DNA from: Escherichia phage Lilleven
Strand: one strand, 5' to 3'
DNA length: 6,090 nt
Sequence record: MK629527.1
In this document: one piece after another, positions 5,769 to 6,090 of the stretch
Position numbering within the stretch: position 1 is the stretch's first letter
How the letters are laid out: each line of letters begins with the position of its first letter
Program-made: the position numbers and the translations under genes
The notes under the pieces: generated by a model
The model's input: the letters and a program-made list of their open reading frames with translations, nothing else
The model's database searches: none
Told to the model about the DNA's origin: nothing

Positions 5769-5858
5769 ATGGAAACTGTTATTGGAAAATTTATTGCTCT
5801 GGCCGTTGTTGCTCTTATGCTGTATGGAATTTCTCGCTTGATTCGGAGGTTCCCGTGA
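5769..5858 (+). CDS. Hypothetical small membrane peptide (29 aa, single predicted transmembrane helix)
   Basis: Not in the ORF track. ATG 5769 is 3 nt after the stop of the preceding ORF and 6 nt after GGAG (5759-5762). METVIGKFIALAVVALMLYGISRLIRRFP: about 17 hydrophobic residues followed by a basic tail. Very short, so chance is not excluded. Confidence 0.3.
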   Translation: METVIGKFIALAVVALMLYGISRLIRRFP

Positions 5859-6031
5859 AATATTTTAGTTTTGTAGATGAACATTATGCTTACTGCCCTG
5901 ATACAAGGATTTTGCACATCACTCGCAGTCGTATTTCTGACCCTCGGTATGAGCGTTGCTTTCTTACTGACGAGGAGCATCTTGCACTTTTGGATTGGTT
6001 GAAAAATTATCCAACTTTCATTAATTCTTGA
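5855..6031 (+). CDS. Hypothetical protein (58 aa), GTG start overlapping the upstream stop (GTGA)
   Basis: Not in the ORF track. GTG 5855 overlaps the TGA of the 29-codon ORF, with GGAGG (5845-5849) 5 nt upstream. Translation (M)KYFSFVDEHYAYCPDTRILHITRSRISDPRYERCFLTDEEHLALLDWLKNYPTFINS; T-ending codon bias like the rest of the genome. Stop TGA 6029-6031 overlaps the -35 hexamer of the promoter before A. Confidence 0.35.
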   Translation: MKYFSFVDEHYAYCPDTRILHITRSRISDPRYERCFLTDEEHLALLDWLKNYPTFINS

Positions 6032-6057
6032 CAGACCTTTAAAATACCCTCTATATT
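6028..6057 (+). promoter_or_regulatory. Candidate sigma70 promoter for gene A (P_A)
   Basis: TTGACA (6028-6033), 18-nt spacer, TATATT (6052-6057): consensus -35 and near-consensus -10. Located about 35-60 nt upstream of the gene A ATG if the window is circular (position 6090 joins position 1). Confidence 0.55.
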
Positions 6058-6087
6058 GCCCTCATAGTTTCACTACGAGGGCTTTTT
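6058..6087 (+). terminator. Terminator-like hairpin plus T5 between the P_A -10 and the A start codon (T_H-like)
   Basis: GCCCTC (6058-6063) pairs with GAGGGC (6077-6082), plus inner TAG/CTA pairs (6065-6067 vs 6073-6075), then TTTTT (6083-6087). The 3' arm contains GAGGG, the likely SD for A. The 5' arm starts right after the -10, so P_A-initiated transcripts would probably lack it. Confidence 0.5.
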
Positions 6088-6090
6088 CGC

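Noticed and set aside
424-5980. Eleven minus-strand ORFs of 61-205 codons in the track (424-1041, 1464-1676, 1727-1999, 2479-2679, 3118-3396, 3397-3660, 3910-4317, 4363-4548, 4795-5193, 5190-5624, 5747-5980)
   Set aside because: Microvirus transcription and all known genes are on the viral strand; these frames lie antisense to well-supported genes and I saw no SD-start pairing or family resemblance. Most likely they are chance open frames.
1-6090. tRNA, rRNA, CRISPR array, insertion sequence, integrase or other mobile-element signatures
   Set aside because: No direct-repeat/spacer periodicity, no inverted terminal repeats flanking an ORF, and no transposase-like or integrase-like ORF; the gene content is fully accounted for by a lytic microvirus.

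Overview
The window reads as a complete or near-complete genome of an alpha3-like microvirus (phiX174 family, Microviridae), linearised at the gene A start codon. All genes are on the + strand in the canonical order A(A*)-B-K-C-D-E-J-F-G-H, with B inside A, K spanning the A/C junction and E inside D in alternative frames. I identified the genes by recalling phiX174/G4/alpha3 protein sequences and gene architecture; no database search was run. The conserved 30-nt viral-strand origin lies in A at 244-273. K, J and the 58-codon ORF at 5855-6031 are absent from the supplied ORF track (too short) and were found by manual translation. The main item of interest is the 759-nt H-A intergenic region (5332-6090), which holds three consecutive, tightly coupled small ORFs (122, 29 and 58 codons), each with a Shine-Dalgarno sequence and genome-typical codon usage. 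They are bracketed by two terminator-like hairpins that each sequester the downstream SD. I cannot tell from sequence alone whether these ORFs are already annotated. Other features are a G+C-rich structured G-H spacer (candidate complementary-strand origin) and duplicated UUCG-tetraloop hairpin modules ahead of F and G. No tRNA, rRNA, CRISPR or transposable element is visible.
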